64,000 nucleotides of DNA from Ignavibacteriota bacterium (GCA_963769605.1 CAVYML010000005.1:1309-65308); one strand, 5' to 3'; positions 20,971 through 32,702 are shown, numbered from the stretch's first letter. Translations and numbers: made by a program. Notes: a model not told the origin generated them from the letters alone.

Positions 20971-21729
20971 ATGGGACCAAAATCAAAACGTTTTCTTCGA
21001 ATCGCCGGGATATCAGCAGCAATTATCTATGGTTTTCTGCTTCTTTTAGACAATGTTATCATGCCGCACTACGTTCAGCAAGGCAAGACGACAAAGGTTC
21101 CTAATGTTGTGGGCAGAACCATCGAAGACGCAAGAGCGGATATGAAAGGTGCCGGGCTGGAACCGAAGGAGACGGAACGAAAACAGGATCGACATTATCC
21201 GGAAGGAACTGTCATTCTGCAAAATCCTGTTGAAGGAGCGGAAGTAAAATTCGGACGCGGAATATACTTAACTGTGAGCGGAGGCGAACAAATGCTTCCC
21301 GTCCCGAATCTGCGTGGGAAATCCGTCCGCGATGCGACATTCGATTTAGAGCGTTACAATTTGAAACTCGGTACGGTTCAATACGAAACGTCTGAAGAAT
21401 TTTTTGAAAACACGATTATACGCCAGGAACCTGCAGCTGCATCGAAAGTGAGCTCAAGCACGGCCATCAATATTGTCGTAAGCGAGGGGCGGAGCGCCGA
21501 CAAATCGACAGTGCCGGCTGTTACTTTAAAAACATATACGGAGGCGGAAAAAATTTTAACACAAGCCGGATTCAAGATCGGTGTGGTGACGTATCAGATA
21601 AGCCTCGATTTGTTGCCGAACACGATTATTGAACAGTATCCTCATACCGGAGAATTGGCAGCCAAAGGGCAGCCGATAGATCTTATTGTAGCACAGAAAG
21701 CGGAAAAGATACCGTTGAAAGAGAATTGA
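20971..21729 (+). CDS. Membrane-anchored PASTA-domain protein (3 PASTA)
   Basis: N-terminal TM; VPNVVG, VPNLRG, VPAVTL repeats with Q-x-P motifs; no kinase domain. Confidence 0.9.
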   Translation: MGPKSKRFLRIAGISAAIIYGFLLLLDNVIMPHYVQQGKTTKVPNVVGRTIEDARADMKGAGLEPKETERKQDRHYPEGTVILQNPVEGAEVKFGRGIYLTVSGGEQMLPVPNLRGKSVRDATFDLERYNLKLGTVQYETSEEFFENTIIRQEPAAASKVSSSTAINIVVSEGRSADKSTVPAVTLKTYTEAEKILTQAGFKIGVVTYQISLDLLPNTIIEQYPHTGELAAKGQPIDLIVAQKAEKIPLKEN

Positions 21730-21730
21730 C

Positions 21731-22381
21731 ATGAATATTCTCGTGGCATCATCGCTTCTGGCGGCCGATTTTTCCCGGTTATCAGACCAAATAAAAAAAG
21801 TGGAAGAAGCAGGTACAGATTGGCTGCATCTTGATATTATGGATGGACATTTTGTTCCTGCTATTACGATTGGTCCGCAGGTTATTCGATCTATTCGCCA
21901 ATGCACGCAGCTCCCTTTTGATACGCATTTGATGATTGAACAGCCCGAATTGTATTTAAAATCTTTTCGCGATGCGGGATCCGACAGTATTACGGTTCAT
22001 CAAGAAACGTGCCGTCATCTCCGCAGAGTGATAGATCAGATTAAAGAAACAGGAGCAAAGGCCGGGGTTGCTTTAAATCCGGCGACACCTGTGGATACTT
22101 TAAAGGATATTATCAACGAAGTCGATCTTGTTTTGATTATGTCCGTCAATCCAGGCTTCGGAGGACAATCGTTCATTTGGTCAAGCATTGAAAAAATCAA
22201 AGATTGCAGCGCATTAATCAAGAAAACGGGAAAAGAGATACTTCTTCAAGTAGATGGAGGCATAGATAAAGAGACGGCGGCGTTGGTTCGCGCAGCAGGC
22301 GCAAACGTTCTCGTGGCAGGCACTTCCATATTTCATTCCGATGATTATACCAGAGCCATCAAAACTTTACGCAGTTCATAA
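21731..22381 (+). CDS. rpe: Ribulose-phosphate 3-epimerase
   Basis: HLDIMDGHFVP, DTHLMI, MSVNPGFGGQ, VDGGI. Confidence 0.97.
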   Translation: MNILVASSLLAADFSRLSDQIKKVEEAGTDWLHLDIMDGHFVPAITIGPQVIRSIRQCTQLPFDTHLMIEQPELYLKSFRDAGSDSITVHQETCRHLRRVIDQIKETGAKAGVALNPATPVDTLKDIINEVDLVLIMSVNPGFGGQSFIWSSIEKIKDCSALIKKTGKEILLQVDGGIDKETAALVRAAGANVLVAGTSIFHSDDYTRAIKTLRSS

Positions 22382-22512
22382 AATGGATCTCACCTTTCTA
22401 AAAGTTATGAGAGCTGAGTACTTTTTTTAAATTGATTATCACCGTAAAAACCAATATTATTTAGGGAATAGGGATATAATACTTCAAAAAGTAAAGCAGT
22501 AAGGATAGACGT

Positions 22513-23001
22513 ATGAACTTAGACATTATCGATTACCAAGTTCTTGATGCTCTGCAAACCGATGGAAGAATGAAACGAAGTGATCTTGCCGAAAAAGTAA
22601 ATCTTTCTTTGCCCGCCTTGAGCGAGCGGCTGCGGAAACTCGAAACTGAGGGATATATTGTCGGTTATGCTGCAAAGTTAAACCATCGTGTTTTCGGCAA
22701 GGATATTACAGCGTTTGTCAGTGTCACAATTGATTCATCGAAGCATTTTCCGACGTTTGTCGAACATGCCGAAAAAAATGAAGAAATACTCGAATGCCAT
22801 GCTGTTACGGGCGAAGGGACTCATATCGTAAAGGTAAGAACAGATAACACCGAAAGCCTTGAACGATTGCTGGCAAAAGTCCAATCGTGGCAAGGTGTAG
22901 TCCATACACGGACAAGCATCGTGCTTTCAACGCAAAAAGAAACATTTCGGATCAAATTGCCAATCAAGATGAACAATCCTGTCCCCGAAAAATTATCTTA
23001 A
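22513..23001 (+). CDS. Lrp/AsnC family transcriptional regulator
   Basis: N-terminal HTH (LAEKVNLS...ERLRKLE..GYI), ECHAVTGE. Confidence 0.93.
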   Translation: MNLDIIDYQVLDALQTDGRMKRSDLAEKVNLSLPALSERLRKLETEGYIVGYAAKLNHRVFGKDITAFVSVTIDSSKHFPTFVEHAEKNEEILECHAVTGEGTHIVKVRTDNTESLERLLAKVQSWQGVVHTRTSIVLSTQKETFRIKLPIKMNNPVPEKLS

Positions 23002-23100
23002 TCGTTTTTCGGATCTGCTCTTGATGTATTTCTTTTCTATTTTGAATTACAGGCGATGTCGTGGCATTGAGATGTTTTTTCATGCTCTTCGAGAGGAATA

Positions 23101-23883
23101 ATGCAACTTAACTTAATTCAATATTCGGTTCAACATCACGTTGCAACTCTTCTTTTGAACCCATCGGAAGAACACAATCCTCTCTCTTCATTGCTTATCA
23201 GCGAGCTGGGACAAGCTTTCGCATCTGCACAAAAAGATATTACAGTCAAAGTAGTTTTGTTTGATGCACAGGGAGACGCAGTAGCTTCCGGGCTGGAACC
23301 GTCATATCTCTCGATGGTTTCAAAATTAGATTTTGAACAAAACGTTCAGGAATCGATGGATGTGATGAAATTGCTTCAGATCATGTACACGCTCAGGAAA
23401 CCAATCGTTATGCTCGTCGATGGTAAAATTTCTTCGTTCGGCTGTGGATTGGTATCGGCAAGCGATATTATTATCGCCGCACAGGAAACTGCACTTTTCG
23501 GATGTCCGGAAGTGGGGTATGGCTTCATCCCGGGAGCATTTCTATATTTTTTAGCAAAACGCATTGGGGAAGCAAGAGCACGCGAAATTGCCCTCCAGGG
23601 AAATTTTATTACTGCAGAACAGGCTGCATCAATCGGTCTTGTGACAATGGCTGTTCCGGCGATAAATATTAAGAAAAGCGGAATCTCCATAGCGCAGCAA
23701 TTAGCATCAGAAAACAGCGGTTCATCAATGGGATTGGTTAAAGAATTGTTGTCCAGAATACACGGCATGTCGGTCAACGACGCTGTAGAATACATTTCCA
23801 ATCTCAATGCGCTGGCGCGTATGACGCAAGACTCACAAAAGGGAATGAAGGCAATACTCAACAATGAAAAGGTAAACTGGTAG
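23101..23883 (+). CDS. Enoyl-CoA hydratase/isomerase family protein (divergent)
   Basis: [40 protein letters not shown]. Confidence 0.8.
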   Translation: MQLNLIQYSVQHHVATLLLNPSEEHNPLSSLLISELGQAFASAQKDITVKVVLFDAQGDAVASGLEPSYLSMVSKLDFEQNVQESMDVMKLLQIMYTLRKPIVMLVDGKISSFGCGLVSASDIIIAAQETALFGCPEVGYGFIPGAFLYFLAKRIGEARAREIALQGNFITAEQAASIGLVTMAVPAINIKKSGISIAQQLASENSGSSMGLVKELLSRIHGMSVNDAVEYISNLNALARMTQDSQKGMKAILNNEKVNW

Positions 23884-23884
23884 A

Positions 23885-24418
23885 ATGTCAATTATCTCAG
23901 ATTCGATTAGATCCGTTCCGGATTTTCCAAAACCCGGAATTAACTTTAAAGATATTACGACATTACTTAAAGATTCAAAAGCATTTACGGCAGCGGTTGA
24001 AGAACTTTATAGGATTTATAAGAACAAGCAGATCGATAAAATTGCATGCATAGAATCACGCGGATTCATTCTTGGATCTCCTCTGGCAATTAAACTCGGA
24101 GCCGGGTTTATTCCTATTAGAAAAAAGGGGAAATTGCCGGCAGAGACGGTGAGGGAAGAATATGCGCTCGAATATGGGACAGATTCCATAGAAATTCATA
24201 AGGATGCTATCGTTTCCGGGGAAAGAATTCTACTTCATGACGATCTTCTGGCAACAGGCGGCACTATGCAGGCAGCGGTTCGGATTGTGCAAAAACTTGG
24301 CGGCAAAATTGTCGGGATTTCATTTTTAATTGAACTGGAATTTTTAAAAGGACGCGAAAAACTTATACCGTTTGACGTGCAATCTATTATTAAATACAAA
24401 TCTGAGCAACAGAAATAA
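23885..24418 (+). CDS. apt: Adenine phosphoribosyltransferase
   Basis: [39 protein letters not shown]. Confidence 0.97.
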   Translation: MSIISDSIRSVPDFPKPGINFKDITTLLKDSKAFTAAVEELYRIYKNKQIDKIACIESRGFILGSPLAIKLGAGFIPIRKKGKLPAETVREEYALEYGTDSIEIHKDAIVSGERILLHDDLLATGGTMQAAVRIVQKLGGKIVGISFLIELEFLKGREKLIPFDVQSIIKYKSEQQK

Positions 24419-24431
24419 TCCGAGGAATTGG

Positions 24432-24471
24432 GACTTAATTCTTTTTACAGCAATGAATTAAGTCGATTTTT
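24432..24471 (+). terminator. Possible intrinsic terminator after apt
   Basis: GACTTAATTC...GAATTAAGTC stem followed by a T run; AT-rich. Confidence 0.5.
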
Positions 24472-25070
24472 AGAGAGGTAGTCAAGAACCAAGAGTGAAG
24501 AAAAGAAGTTGCAAATTTTTACGAGCCGACTTTTCATCCGCGTCTCTTGCTAAAGAGAGGGGACCAAACCATAGCATGATGTCAGAGAGCAATCTTCTAA
24601 CCGGCAATGTCGGTAATCTCCGTATTGCCGCGCGCATGGCACTGCGATGAATGTGAATGCAATATAGAGGGATTTCGCTTATCAACAACAATTGGAGTAG
24701 TTGCCATTTTTCAATACATGAGTGCAGAATTTGACGAACATTACCGCCTTTTCTCACCACATCGGGAATCCCAATAACCCTTCAAAATCGTTTATTTTGA
24801 TAAATCAGGCAAATGTAATTCAATCCCCATGAATCTTTTAAAACCTGCAAATGCAAGTCTTATCGATAAAAAATTATCAATTTTTTACCGAGCCGATGCT
24901 GAAGTAATCTGCAAGAGATATTAAGGTAAAAGATTTAAAATCAAAGGATAAGCTCGTTTTCGAGTATTGTTTGATGTGATTTTTCTACTCTCAAATTAAA
25001 AAAGGATTGCTTACAACGGACAATCTTGTTATTTTTCATAAAAGAATGTAGAATAATTTTAAAAAGAACA

Positions 25071-25781
25071 ATGATCTTTTGTCCGCTTTGTAATGAATCG
25101 AATGATGAATTTGCGACAGTCTGTGAGCATTGTCATGGATTTTTGCAGAATCGAGTTATTCAGCTCGATTTATTTGATACCGCTTGGGGAATTTTGGAAA
25201 ACCCTCAAAAAACCTTTAGGACTATAACTCTTGCAAAGCATAAAACCTATGCTTTTTCTCTTTTCGCATTTTTCGGAATCGGACTTTTCTTTGCTTGCAT
25301 CACCTTTTTAAATGCGGGGGATCGCTTCGATTCTTTGCTTCAGCTTATAATCGTTAGCATCCTTTGCGGCGCCGTACTTGGTTGCTGCCTAGCACCGCTG
25401 ATCTCATTGATTCATTATCGATTGATAAAAACCGCACATGGACAAGGGCGCTTTAAAGATTCTCTCGCCGTCTCGGCATATTCGCTTGTTCCGATTGTTC
25501 TCTCAATTATATTTATTCTCCCTATCGAAATTTCAGCTTTTGGAATGTATTTTTTTACATTTAACCCGTCCCCCTCGACAATAAATCCAGGATTGTATTT
25601 TATCCTTATTGGAATGAACGCACTCTGCATTCTTTGGGCGATCGTTTTATTCGTTCTTGGAACAAAAATTTCTTTTGGTGTAACCCTTATTCGTTCCCTT
25701 CTTGGATCTTTGGCAAGCATTATTATTACGGGTATTCTGTGCGTGTGGGGAATGTATTTAGCACTGCACAGATTTTTCTAA
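25071..25781 (+). CDS. Zinc-ribbon + Yip1-like membrane protein
   Basis: CPLC...CEHC ribbon, then P..TF motif and about 5 TM helices; ATG at 25071 chosen. Confidence 0.75.
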   Translation: MIFCPLCNESNDEFATVCEHCHGFLQNRVIQLDLFDTAWGILENPQKTFRTITLAKHKTYAFSLFAFFGIGLFFACITFLNAGDRFDSLLQLIIVSILCGAVLGCCLAPLISLIHYRLIKTAHGQGRFKDSLAVSAYSLVPIVLSIIFILPIEISAFGMYFFTFNPSPSTINPGLYFILIGMNALCILWAIVLFVLGTKISFGVTLIRSLLGSLASIIITGILCVWGMYLALHRFF

Positions 25782-25790
25782 AGAGCGAAG

Positions 25791-26183
25791 ATGGTGACCC
25801 TGAACAGGTTTGAAGAGATAGTACAAAATATCTTTGCAAAATTACCGAAAGTATTTGGAGAAAAGATAGATAATGTTCATATTGTAGTAGAAGACTCTCC
25901 GTCTTCAGAGACTATCAAGAAAATTCGAGCAGGAAAAAACTCATTGCTTGGGCTGTATCAAGGGATACCACTAACGCAACGAGGGACCTGGTATGGAGTG
26001 TATCCGACAATTCCGGATACAATAACTTTATATAAAAGTAATATCGAAGCAGTTTGTACGACAGAGAATGAGTTGTACGACAGAATTGAAGAAGTTTTAC
26101 TGCATGAACTCGGGCATTATTTTGGGATGTCGGAGGATCAAGTACGAAATGCGATGAAGCATTATCAATCATCCACCAACTAA
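25791..26183 (+). CDS. Minimal zincin (Zincin_1-like) metallopeptidase
   Basis: LLGLYQGIPL, ITLY, LHELGHYFG. Confidence 0.88.
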   Translation: MVTLNRFEEIVQNIFAKLPKVFGEKIDNVHIVVEDSPSSETIKKIRAGKNSLLGLYQGIPLTQRGTWYGVYPTIPDTITLYKSNIEAVCTTENELYDRIEEVLLHELGHYFGMSEDQVRNAMKHYQSSTN

Positions 26184-26196
26184 AGAAAGAGCAATT

Positions 26197-26493
26197 ATGT
26201 CCAAAGTCATCTTACAAATTTCATATGAAATCGATGCGAGCAAGCGCGAAGAGTATTTATCACTCGCACAACAGTTAAAAGAGCATTTTCTTCAGGAACA
26301 GAAGAAGGATTATGCCATCTACGAAGTGAAAGGCAAGAAGAATTTCTTTGTCGAAGAATTTGTCTGTAAATCGATGGAAGAGTATGAAGCGTTGGAAGAT
26401 GGTACGACGGAAAGCGGCGAAGCTCTGGTCAACAGACTGGAGTCTCTACTGAAAGACGGCAAAGCAAAGTACGCAACTCTTATTGAAATTTAA
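26197..26493 (+). CDS. Small hypothetical protein (possible ferredoxin-like alpha/beta fold)
   Basis: 98 aa ORF in operon context, with protein-like composition. Confidence 0.7.
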   Translation: MSKVILQISYEIDASKREEYLSLAQQLKEHFLQEQKKDYAIYEVKGKKNFFVEEFVCKSMEEYEALEDGTTESGEALVNRLESLLKDGKAKYATLIEI

Positions 26494-26501
26494 TTTATTC
26501 C

Positions 26502-26536
26502 GCGGGCAGTTCGTTAAAAGAGGCTGCCCGCATTTT
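26502..26536 (+). terminator. Intrinsic terminator
   Basis: GCGGGCAG...CTGCCCGC stem followed by ATTTT. Confidence 0.7.
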
Positions 26537-26739
26537 CGGACAATTGTTTCATGCTTTCCATCAATTTGTATCTGCCTGCTGTCGCTTCATTTCATCTTTT
26601 TACTCTACACTCATCGTATTGCAATTTCCGTTCATTGAGCGTCATGGTGACTCCAATCATAAACTTCCTCAAAAAGAATGGCATAAAAACACTTTTTTTT
26701 GTACCTTAATTATATCATATCATAAATTATTGAAAAACA

Positions 26740-27189
26740 ATGACACTAACGGAACGTATTAGTATAGATTTAAAGGCCGCCATGAAAGCGGAAGATCCGG
26801 TTCTGCTCAATACCATCCGGTCCATTCGTGCACAGATTATAGAATTTTCAAAGCGCGGTACGGGAACTGAAATCACTCCGGATGACGAAACCAGCATCCT
26901 GCTTGGAGCTGCAAAGAAACGCAAAGAGGCTATCGAAATGTACGAAAAAGGAAAACGCCAGGACCTTGCCGATCAGGAAAAGCGGGAACTGGATATTATC
27001 AACGGATATTTACCGAAACCGCTGACCGTAGAAGAAGCCGAAAAAATCATTCAAAAAATCATATTTGATGCAGGCGCTGCATCCGCAAAAGATTTCGGCA
27101 AGGTGATGCCTCTAGCAATAAAGGAATTAAAGGGAAAATTGGACGGCAAAATCGTGCAGGAAATCGTCAAACAAAAATTGGGAAGCTAA
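26740..27189 (+). CDS. GatB/YqeY domain protein
   Basis: DLKAAMKA, KKRKEAIEMY..GKRQDLA..E, YLP, DFGKVM. Confidence 0.93.
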   Translation: MTLTERISIDLKAAMKAEDPVLLNTIRSIRAQIIEFSKRGTGTEITPDDETSILLGAAKKRKEAIEMYEKGKRQDLADQEKRELDIINGYLPKPLTVEEAEKIIQKIIFDAGAASAKDFGKVMPLAIKELKGKLDGKIVQEIVKQKLGS

Positions 27190-27194
27190 AAAAT

Positions 27195-27740
27195 ATGACA
27201 CTCGACATCATGATCGGCGTTCCGATAATTCTTGCCATGCTTTCCGGATTGAGGGACGGTCTTGTACGCAAGACTGTTGCTTTGATTTTAATGGTTCTAA
27301 CTCTCTTTGTCGGACAGTTGTATATGCATGATGTCGGGAATTTTTTAATCCGCAACAGTATTGCATCGCCCGAGTCCGCGGCACGGAGAGGATTTTATTG
27401 CATTTTTTTTGGCGTTGGAATCGTTCAGTCCATTTTGTACCGCTTTATCACTGGTAACTTCAAAATCGGCGGTTTCATCGACCGCATCGGCGGTACACTC
27501 GTCGGATTCGTCCAGGGAGTGGTTTTTACGAGCATTATGCTGATGATGATGTCGCTTACGGGATTCCCGGATCGATCGATGATAAGGGATTCGCAATTTT
27601 ATAAACCAATTGTTAATATTGCGCCGGAACTTTTAGATGCAATATCGTCTGTTCAGTCCGAAGAGATTGATCGCATCAAAAAAATGAATTCACCGGATGT
27701 CCAGAAAAATTCTCCGAATAAGATAAAAAGCAAAGAATGA
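27195..27740 (+). CDS. cvpA: CvpA family protein
   Basis: GLRDGLV, IDRIGG..VG motifs; TM helices; yqeY-cvpA-mutS2 order. Confidence 0.85.
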   Translation: MTLDIMIGVPIILAMLSGLRDGLVRKTVALILMVLTLFVGQLYMHDVGNFLIRNSIASPESAARRGFYCIFFGVGIVQSILYRFITGNFKIGGFIDRIGGTLVGFVQGVVFTSIMLMMMSLTGFPDRSMIRDSQFYKPIVNIAPELLDAISSVQSEEIDRIKKMNSPDVQKNSPNKIKSKE

Positions 27741-27759
27741 AGACGGGGGAGAACGATCA

Positions 27760-30138
27760 TTGAGCGTGTATGATGCAGTGCAGCAGACCTCTCTCCAGAC
27801 GAATCTCAGGAAGCTCGAATTCCATAAAGTACTTGCACGCATTTCCGATTTTACTGTCTCGGAGACCGGACGTGCCGCCGTTTTGCTGATTATACCGAAG
27901 GCTGATCCACGAACCATCACTCTTGAACTGCAAAAAGTTTCCGAAGCGAAAGAGTTGCTTATTACAGAAGGGGACATTCCTCTCGACGGATTTAAAGATA
28001 TCCGCGCATCGCTCAAGAAACTGAGGATTGAGAACAGTTCCCTTACGGCGGAAGAATTATTGGAAATTGCTCAAACTCTGCGCGCATCGAGGATGCTGAA
28101 GATATTCTTGGGTAAAAAAGAAAGAACTCAGCCGAATCTTTTTCCGTATATAAAAAATTTATTCGCCGATACGGTTATCGAATTCAACATCACGCAAGCA
28201 ATCGACGAAAAAGGATTTATCCGGGACGGTGCCAGCAAGGAATTGCGGGAAATACGTCAGCGACTGATTTATGCTAACGATGCACTGAGGAAAAAATTGG
28301 ATTCTATTCTACATCAGATTTCCGGCCAGGAATACCTCCAAGAAGAAATCGTTACTACACGAGACGGACGCTTAGTGATTCCGGTTAAAACCGAATACAA
28401 GAATCGTGTTTCCGGATTTATTCACTCCAGTTCGGCGAGCGGAGCAACCGTTTTTATCGAACCGACCGAATCACTTGAACTAAACAATGCTCTTCGGGAG
28501 CTTCAACTTTCCGAACAAAGAGAGATCCAGCGAATACTTTCCGAGTTGACGAGGCAGGCGGCGGTCATCCGTGAACCACTGAACTGTACGCTCCAGACTC
28601 TCACAGAGCTCGATGTTATTGTGGCACGTGCAAAATATTCGATTGAAATTATCGGGTTTGCGCCAGCGTTATCTGAAACACCGATTTTAAAATTTCGTGA
28701 TGCCCGCCACCCGATACTCCTCCAGCACCTTAAAAGGGAACAGATCGTTCCGCTGACTCTCGAACTGGGAGAGTATGCAAAGACACTTGTGATTACCGGT
28801 CCGAATGCCGGCGGCAAAACCGTTGCACTCAAACTTGCAGGCCTGCTTTGTATGTGCGCACAGGCTGGGATTCATATCCCCGCGGCTCCCGATTCCATTA
28901 TCTTTCCTTTTACTGCTTTTTTTGTAGATATCGGAGATGACCAATCGATCGATAACGATCTCAGCACTTTCAGTTCTCATTTACTTGAGTTGAAGAAAGT
29001 GCTGGATGACGCAGACGGCTCATCTCTCGTTCTGTTGGATGAAATCGGATCCGGGACCGATCCGACAGAAGGAGGAGCTCTGGCGGCCGGTATTTTACAG
29101 GAATTGACCCGGCGCGGCGCTATAACGATTGCCACGACACATCACGGCATGCTGAAGGCTTTTGCGCATGAGGCATCGAATGTTGTCAATGGATCGATGG
29201 AATTCGACCAGTCAACACTGACGCCGACATACAAGTATAGGCACGGTGTTCCAGGCGGAAGTTATGCATTCGAGCTTGCAGGGCGAATTGGAATTGATCA
29301 AAAAATTTTAAACCAATCGAAGGAATTCATTGGAGATTCAAAGGTTAGAGTAGAATCCCTCTTAATGAATCTTGAACAAAAAATGCAGGAATATGTATCC
29401 AAATTTGAGGAAACTGAAAAGGAAAAATCGAAGCTTGAAATGCTGGTTAAATCGTACGAACAAAAAAATTTGCAGCTTAAGAGAGAAGTTGCTTTGATTA
29501 AGAAAAAGGCGGTAGAGGAAGCACGTGAAATTGTTTCCGATGCACATGCAAAGATCGAAAAATCAATACAGGATATACGTGAGCACCAAGCAGATGCTGA
29601 AAGTATTCGTTTATCAAAAGAAGCGCTGGCCGGATTAAAGAAGAACATCGCCATACTGACTCCAAAAGAAGAAAGCATTGAAAGAAATGAAACTTTTACA
29701 GTTGGGGATAAGGTCAAATTGAAACTCGGGAACGGAATAGGAGAGATTTTTTCTTTCTCCGGAGAAGCAGCCAATGTCATTTCGGGAACCTCAAAATTAA
29801 GAATTCCTCTCAAGGACCTGGCAAAAGCAACGGAAAAATCTTTCCATATCACTTCACATACAGCGGATCAACTTCATACGATAGAAGCAAAAAATGAAAT
29901 AGATCTGAGAGGCCTATTAGGAGATGAAGCTCTCCAAGAGACACAAATATTTTTAGATAATGCTTATTCTGCCGGTCTTTTGCGTGTCGACATTATTCAC
30001 GGAAAAGGAACAGGGGCATTGCGCAAGCGTATTACAAGTTTTTTAAAAAGTTACCCGCATATCAAGTCGTTTCGTTTGGGAGAATGGAATGAGGGGGGAA
30101 CAGGAGTCACTGTTGTGGAGTTCAATAATGAGGGGTGA
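27760..30138 (+). CDS. mutS2: Endonuclease MutS2
   Basis: ITGPNAGGKT, STFSSH, LDEIGSGTDP, TTH, C-terminal Smr (IDLRG, IIHGKGTGAL). Confidence 0.96.
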   Translation: MSVYDAVQQTSLQTNLRKLEFHKVLARISDFTVSETGRAAVLLIIPKADPRTITLELQKVSEAKELLITEGDIPLDGFKDIRASLKKLRIENSSLTAEELLEIAQTLRASRMLKIFLGKKERTQPNLFPYIKNLFADTVIEFNITQAIDEKGFIRDGASKELREIRQRLIYANDALRKKLDSILHQISGQEYLQEEIVTTRDGRLVIPVKTEYKNRVSGFIHSSSASGATVFIEPTESLELNNALRELQLSEQREIQRILSELTRQAAVIREPLNCTLQTLTELDVIVARAKYSIEIIGFAPALSETPILKFRDARHPILLQHLKREQIVPLTLELGEYAKTLVITGPNAGGKTVALKLAGLLCMCAQAGIHIPAAPDSIIFPFTAFFVDIGDDQSIDNDLSTFSSHLLELKKVLDDADGSSLVLLDEIGSGTDPTEGGALAAGILQELTRRGAITIATTHHGMLKAFAHEASNVVNGSMEFDQSTLTPTYKYRHGVPGGSYAFELAGRIGIDQKILNQSKEFIGDSKVRVESLLMNLEQKMQEYVSKFEETEKEKSKLEMLVKSYEQKNLQLKREVALIKKKAVEEAREIVSDAHAKIEKSIQDIREHQADAESIRLSKEALAGLKKNIAILTPKEESIERNETFTVGDKVKLKLGNGIGEIFSFSGEAANVISGTSKLRIPLKDLAKATEKSFHITSHTADQLHTIEAKNEIDLRGLLGDEALQETQIFLDNAYSAGLLRVDIIHGKGTGALRKRITSFLKSYPHIKSFRLGEWNEGGTGVTVVEFNNEG

Positions 30139-30309
30139 ATGGAAAATAGTAAATGGTAAATGGTGAAGAGTACATGGTCATTAGGCGAGTGTAAAAAAAA
30201 CCTGATATTCACGGTATTTATAAGACTACTCATTATGCTGAATACCCGTGTATGTAGATCATTAAATTATTTAGTTTACTTTTAACTATTTATCATTGAC
30301 CATTTACAG
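30135..30309. repeat. Paired inverted heptamer arrays (GTAAATG / CATTTAC)
   Basis: gtgaatg gaaaata gtaaatg gtaaatg gtgaa (30135-30167) and tttactt ttaacta tttatca ttgacca tttacag (30275-30309). Confidence 0.7.
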
Positions 30310-30324
30310 TTTTAAAAGGAATCT

Positions 30325-32559
30325 ATGAAAAATCGTCCTATCATCAAAGAAGAACCGGTTGTCGATTTAAACCTTGCAAAGCAGCATGGTCTGACAGAAG
30401 AGGAATATGAACAAATTCTTAAAATTCTGAAGAGAGTACCTACTTACACCGAACTAGGTATTTATAGCGTTATGTGGAGTGAACATTGCAGCTATAAGAA
30501 TTCCATTGCATTACTGAAGACACTTCCAAGATCCGGTAAAGGTCTTTTAGTCGCTGCGGGTGAAGAGAATGCGGGACTAATCGACATTGGAGAAGGTCTT
30601 GCAGTTGCCTTCAAGATCGAAAGCCATAATCATCCATCGGCAATTGAACCGTATCAAGGAGCGGCAACAGGCGTTGGCGGCATTTTGCGCGACATTTTCT
30701 CTATGGGAGCGCGTCCAATTGCAGCACTCAACTCTCTACGGTTCGGGAACCTTGATGATAAACGGGTTCAATATCTTTTTAAAAGAATTGTCAAAGGAAT
30801 TGGAGACTACGGCAATAGTTTCGGCGTACCTACCGTTGCCGGAGAAATCTATTTTGATCCTTGTTATAGAACAAATCCGTTAGTCAATGCAATGGCAGTC
30901 GGAATTGTAGAACATAACGGAATAGCGAAAGCATCTGCTACGGGAAAAGATAATTCCGTTATGATTGTCGGCTCGGCTACGGGCCGTGATGGAATTCACG
31001 GAGCTACATTTGCATCGGAAGAAATCTCTGAAAAGTCGGAGTCAAAACGACCTGCCGTGCAGGTAGGAGATCCTTTCGTTGAAAAGCTCTTGCTTGAGGC
31101 AACGCTGGAAGCAATAAAGACCGGATATATTGTCGGTGTACAGGACATGGGAGCCGCAGGTATCACATGTTCGACGACTGAAATGAGCGCTCGGGGTAAA
31201 ACTGGAATGGATGTGGACCTCGCAAAAGTCCCGTTGCGGGAAACCGGAATGACGGCATATGAGGTTATGCTCTCAGAGTCGCAGGAAAGAATGCTTTTCG
31301 TAGTAAAGAAAGGGCATGAAGAAGAAATAGCTAACATATTTAAAAAATGGGATATAGAAGCGGAAGTCGTAGGTAAAGTAACGGATGGACCGTTGGTTAA
31401 AATTAGAATCGGAAATATAGTAATGGCGGAGGTTAATGCTGAAACTCTGGTACTTGGAGGATCTGCGCCGATTTATCATCGAAAAAAGAAAGAGCCGGAA
31501 TATCTTGCAGATATTCAAAAATTCCAAATTGAATCCGTGCCGGAAGAAAAAGATTATTCAAAAAGCCTGCAGAAATTGCTTGGGCGTACATCGATTGCAA
31601 GCAAAAGGTGGGTATATCAACAGTATGATTCGATGGTTCGAACAAATACGATTACAAGCACAGCAGATGCTGCGGTTATCCGTATAAAAGGAACAAAAAA
31701 AGCAATAGCGCTCAAAACCGACGGAAACGGCCGATATGTATACCTAAATCCTCGGCGCGGTGCAGAGATTGCCGTGGCAGAATCAGCACGTAACGTTGTT
31801 TGCGTAGGTGCACGGCCAATCGCTATAACGAATTGCTTAAACTTTGGAAATCCATACGATCCGGAAGTCTACTGGCAATTTTTCGAGGCTATTGGAGGCA
31901 TGTGCGATGCATGTAATGCATTTGAAACACCAGTTACAGGAGGCAATGTCAGCTTTTACAATGAAAGCACAGAAGAAGCCATATATCCGACGCCAGTTAT
32001 CGGTATGCTGGGTGTGATCGATGATGTAAAAAACATCTGTGATCATAGATTCAAATCGGTTGGAGATATCATCTGGGAGCTCGGAGTGAACTATGGCGAG
32101 CTGGGCGGATCCGAATATCTTCAAATGCAAACGAATAAAGTTTACGGCAATGCACCTAAGCTCGATCTATGCAAAGAAAAAACGCTTTATAATGTCGTTC
32201 TGAGGCTCATTCAAGAAAATTTAGTTAAATCTGCACACGACGTGTCGGACGGTGGAATTGCTGTAACGATGGCAGAATCATTGTTTGAAACGGGCCTTGG
32301 CGCAAAAATAGAACTTATAAACAAAGATTTGAGAATCGATAGTTTACTATTCGGAGAATCTCAATCCAGAATTATTATCAGTAGTTCAAGAGAAGCAAAG
32401 ACTAAAATTTTAGAAATAACGGAAAAACAAAAACTCAAAGCTGCAATTATCGGAGAAGTCATAATAGAAGAAAAGCTTATTATAAATGATTGGATTGAAG
32501 AGAGTGTAGAGACATTAAAAGGAATTTATGAAAATGCGATAGAGTCTTGCCTGAAATAA
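30325..32559 (+). CDS. purL: Phosphoribosylformylglycinamidine synthase subunit PurL
   Basis: [44 protein letters not shown]. Confidence 0.98.
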   Translation: MKNRPIIKEEPVVDLNLAKQHGLTEEEYEQILKILKRVPTYTELGIYSVMWSEHCSYKNSIALLKTLPRSGKGLLVAAGEENAGLIDIGEGLAVAFKIESHNHPSAIEPYQGAATGVGGILRDIFSMGARPIAALNSLRFGNLDDKRVQYLFKRIVKGIGDYGNSFGVPTVAGEIYFDPCYRTNPLVNAMAVGIVEHNGIAKASATGKDNSVMIVGSATGRDGIHGATFASEEISEKSESKRPAVQVGDPFVEKLLLEATLEAIKTGYIVGVQDMGAAGITCSTTEMSARGKTGMDVDLAKVPLRETGMTAYEVMLSESQERMLFVVKKGHEEEIANIFKKWDIEAEVVGKVTDGPLVKIRIGNIVMAEVNAETLVLGGSAPIYHRKKKEPEYLADIQKFQIESVPEEKDYSKSLQKLLGRTSIASKRWVYQQYDSMVRTNTITSTADAAVIRIKGTKKAIALKTDGNGRYVYLNPRRGAEIAVAESARNVVCVGARPIAITNCLNFGNPYDPEVYWQFFEAIGGMCDACNAFETPVTGGNVSFYNESTEEAIYPTPVIGMLGVIDDVKNICDHRFKSVGDIIWELGVNYGELGGSEYLQMQTNKVYGNAPKLDLCKEKTLYNVVLRLIQENLVKSAHDVSDGGIAVTMAESLFETGLGAKIELINKDLRIDSLLFGESQSRIIISSSREAKTKILEITEKQKLKAAIIGEVIIEEKLIINDWIEESVETLKGIYENAIESCLK

Positions 32560-32702
32560 AACTATAATTCAACATAATATATATTATAGAACAATAAGAA
32601 AGCGGAAACTTAGCACTATTCTTTGAAAAATAAAACGTTTTTATATTTATTTACATCACAGATCCAAACAGTCCAAATATTTGTAATTCTAAAGCGTTAC
32701 TC

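Noticed and set aside
20808-21104. 98-aa ORF
   Set aside because: Translation of low-complexity arrays, overlapping the PASTA gene out of frame.
24482-24760. 92-aa minus-strand ORF
   Set aside because: No recognisable motif or clear RBS; not called as a CDS.
30139-30324. Purine or ZMP riboswitch upstream of purL
   Set aside because: No recognisable aptamer consensus; much of the spacer is heptamer arrays.
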